A DNA stretch of 64,000 nt, taken from the NCBI GenBank assembly GCA_001949185.1, contig BDGG01000002.1, forward strand, positions 1,919,826-1,983,825, read 5' to 3'. Shown one piece after another: positions 63,382 to 64,000 of the stretch (position 1 is its first letter; each line of letters opens with the position of its first letter). Both the position numbers and the translations under genes were made by a program. The stretch comes from Ramazzottius varieornatus. Its lineage: Eukaryota > Animalia > Tardigrada. The notes below the pieces were generated by a model. The model ran no database searches. It saw only the letters and a list, made by a program, of their open reading frames with translations, and was not told where the DNA came from.

Positions 63382-64000
63382 TTCTGAATGTGAGCAGCGA
63401 GATAGTCCAGCATATTTTTGGTGGTTGGATCCGCAGTACTTTGTTAGTTTCGGGTTATCTGTGGATTGGTTAGTCCACCAATTATCGAATCGAGAAAACC
63501 CATCGGCTGTATCGACTGGTTCTTGACGCACGAAGAGATGGAACAAGAAACCTCTCCTGTGGCTAGCGAAGTCCTACTTGCCTTTGGAGGTACCAGTAAA
63601 ACTTTATATCTGAGCCACTAAACTATCGAGTTTCAGCTATGAATCGATCTGGAAGTCCGGTAAACGAATATACACAAGGTGTATACGAATAACAATATGC
63701 CTTGGTGGAGCACTTTTGTGTCAGGATTGGCTGAAAACGTGCGCCACCGAAGGTAGACGACCTTGTACATTTCGTTTGCCGCCCCTCCATTTATCAATGT
63801 TGCATTACCCAGAATTTAGATCCATGTTTCGATGCTGTGCAGCAAACTATGATCATCGGTACGTGCAGAAGATCAGTTACGCGCCAATCTACGGACCTTC
63901 TTTCAAGCGGAACCGATAAAACCACGACTACTCTGCAGTGGCCTCCGTACTTTATGATCAGGTACCTGGCAATTCAAGCACGGTTGTATCAAGAAATCGA

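Larger units (their letters stand above)
23177..63760. repeat. Dispersed ~80-bp palindromic repeat family (about 21 units at about 14 loci), mostly intronic
   Basis: Consensus GATCGTTTTCCCAAGTGGCGCAC-N23-26-GTGCGCCACTTGGGAAAACGATC at ~23177, 23926, 24345, 26239 (x2), 31614, 33573 (x2), 37487, 38263 (x3), 42397 (x2), 43868 (x2), 52766, 53628 (x2), 54300/54881 (split) and 63699. Confidence 0.85.

Overview
Eukaryotic (animal) genomic DNA with compact, intron-rich genes; short introns, mid-range GC and the style of the expanded receptor guanylate-cyclase family suggest a tardigrade-like invertebrate (inference). From left to right: (1) a tandem array of ANF-receptor/receptor guanylate cyclase genes: a nonsense-disrupted upstream copy, an apparently intact copy (2544-11634), and a paralog (13468-21160) disrupted by an intact intron-containing Tigger/pogo transposon and frameshifts. 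Both full-length copies lack key cyclase catalytic residues and share a ~478-bp near-identical tract. (2) A secreted precursor on the minus strand whose frame continues past a TAG into a 4-Cys peptide ending in Gly-Arg. (3) An unknown Ser/Pro-rich gene, an insulin-like peptide, SLC25A38, a short THOC5-like gene, a CS-domain gene and a full Dicer with an intact helicase but a degenerate PAZ pocket. (4) A decayed hAT transposon, a small MED15-type KIX-domain gene, a Merlin-like MITE, and a pogo element nested in a CRE non-LTR retrotransposon fragment. About 21 copies of an ~80-bp palindromic unit (AAGTGGCGCAC-N~25-GTGCGCCACTT) occur, mostly in introns, from 23 kb onward, 8 of them inside Dicer; none was seen in the cyclase array. 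Exon boundaries were read by eye and need RNA-seq confirmation.
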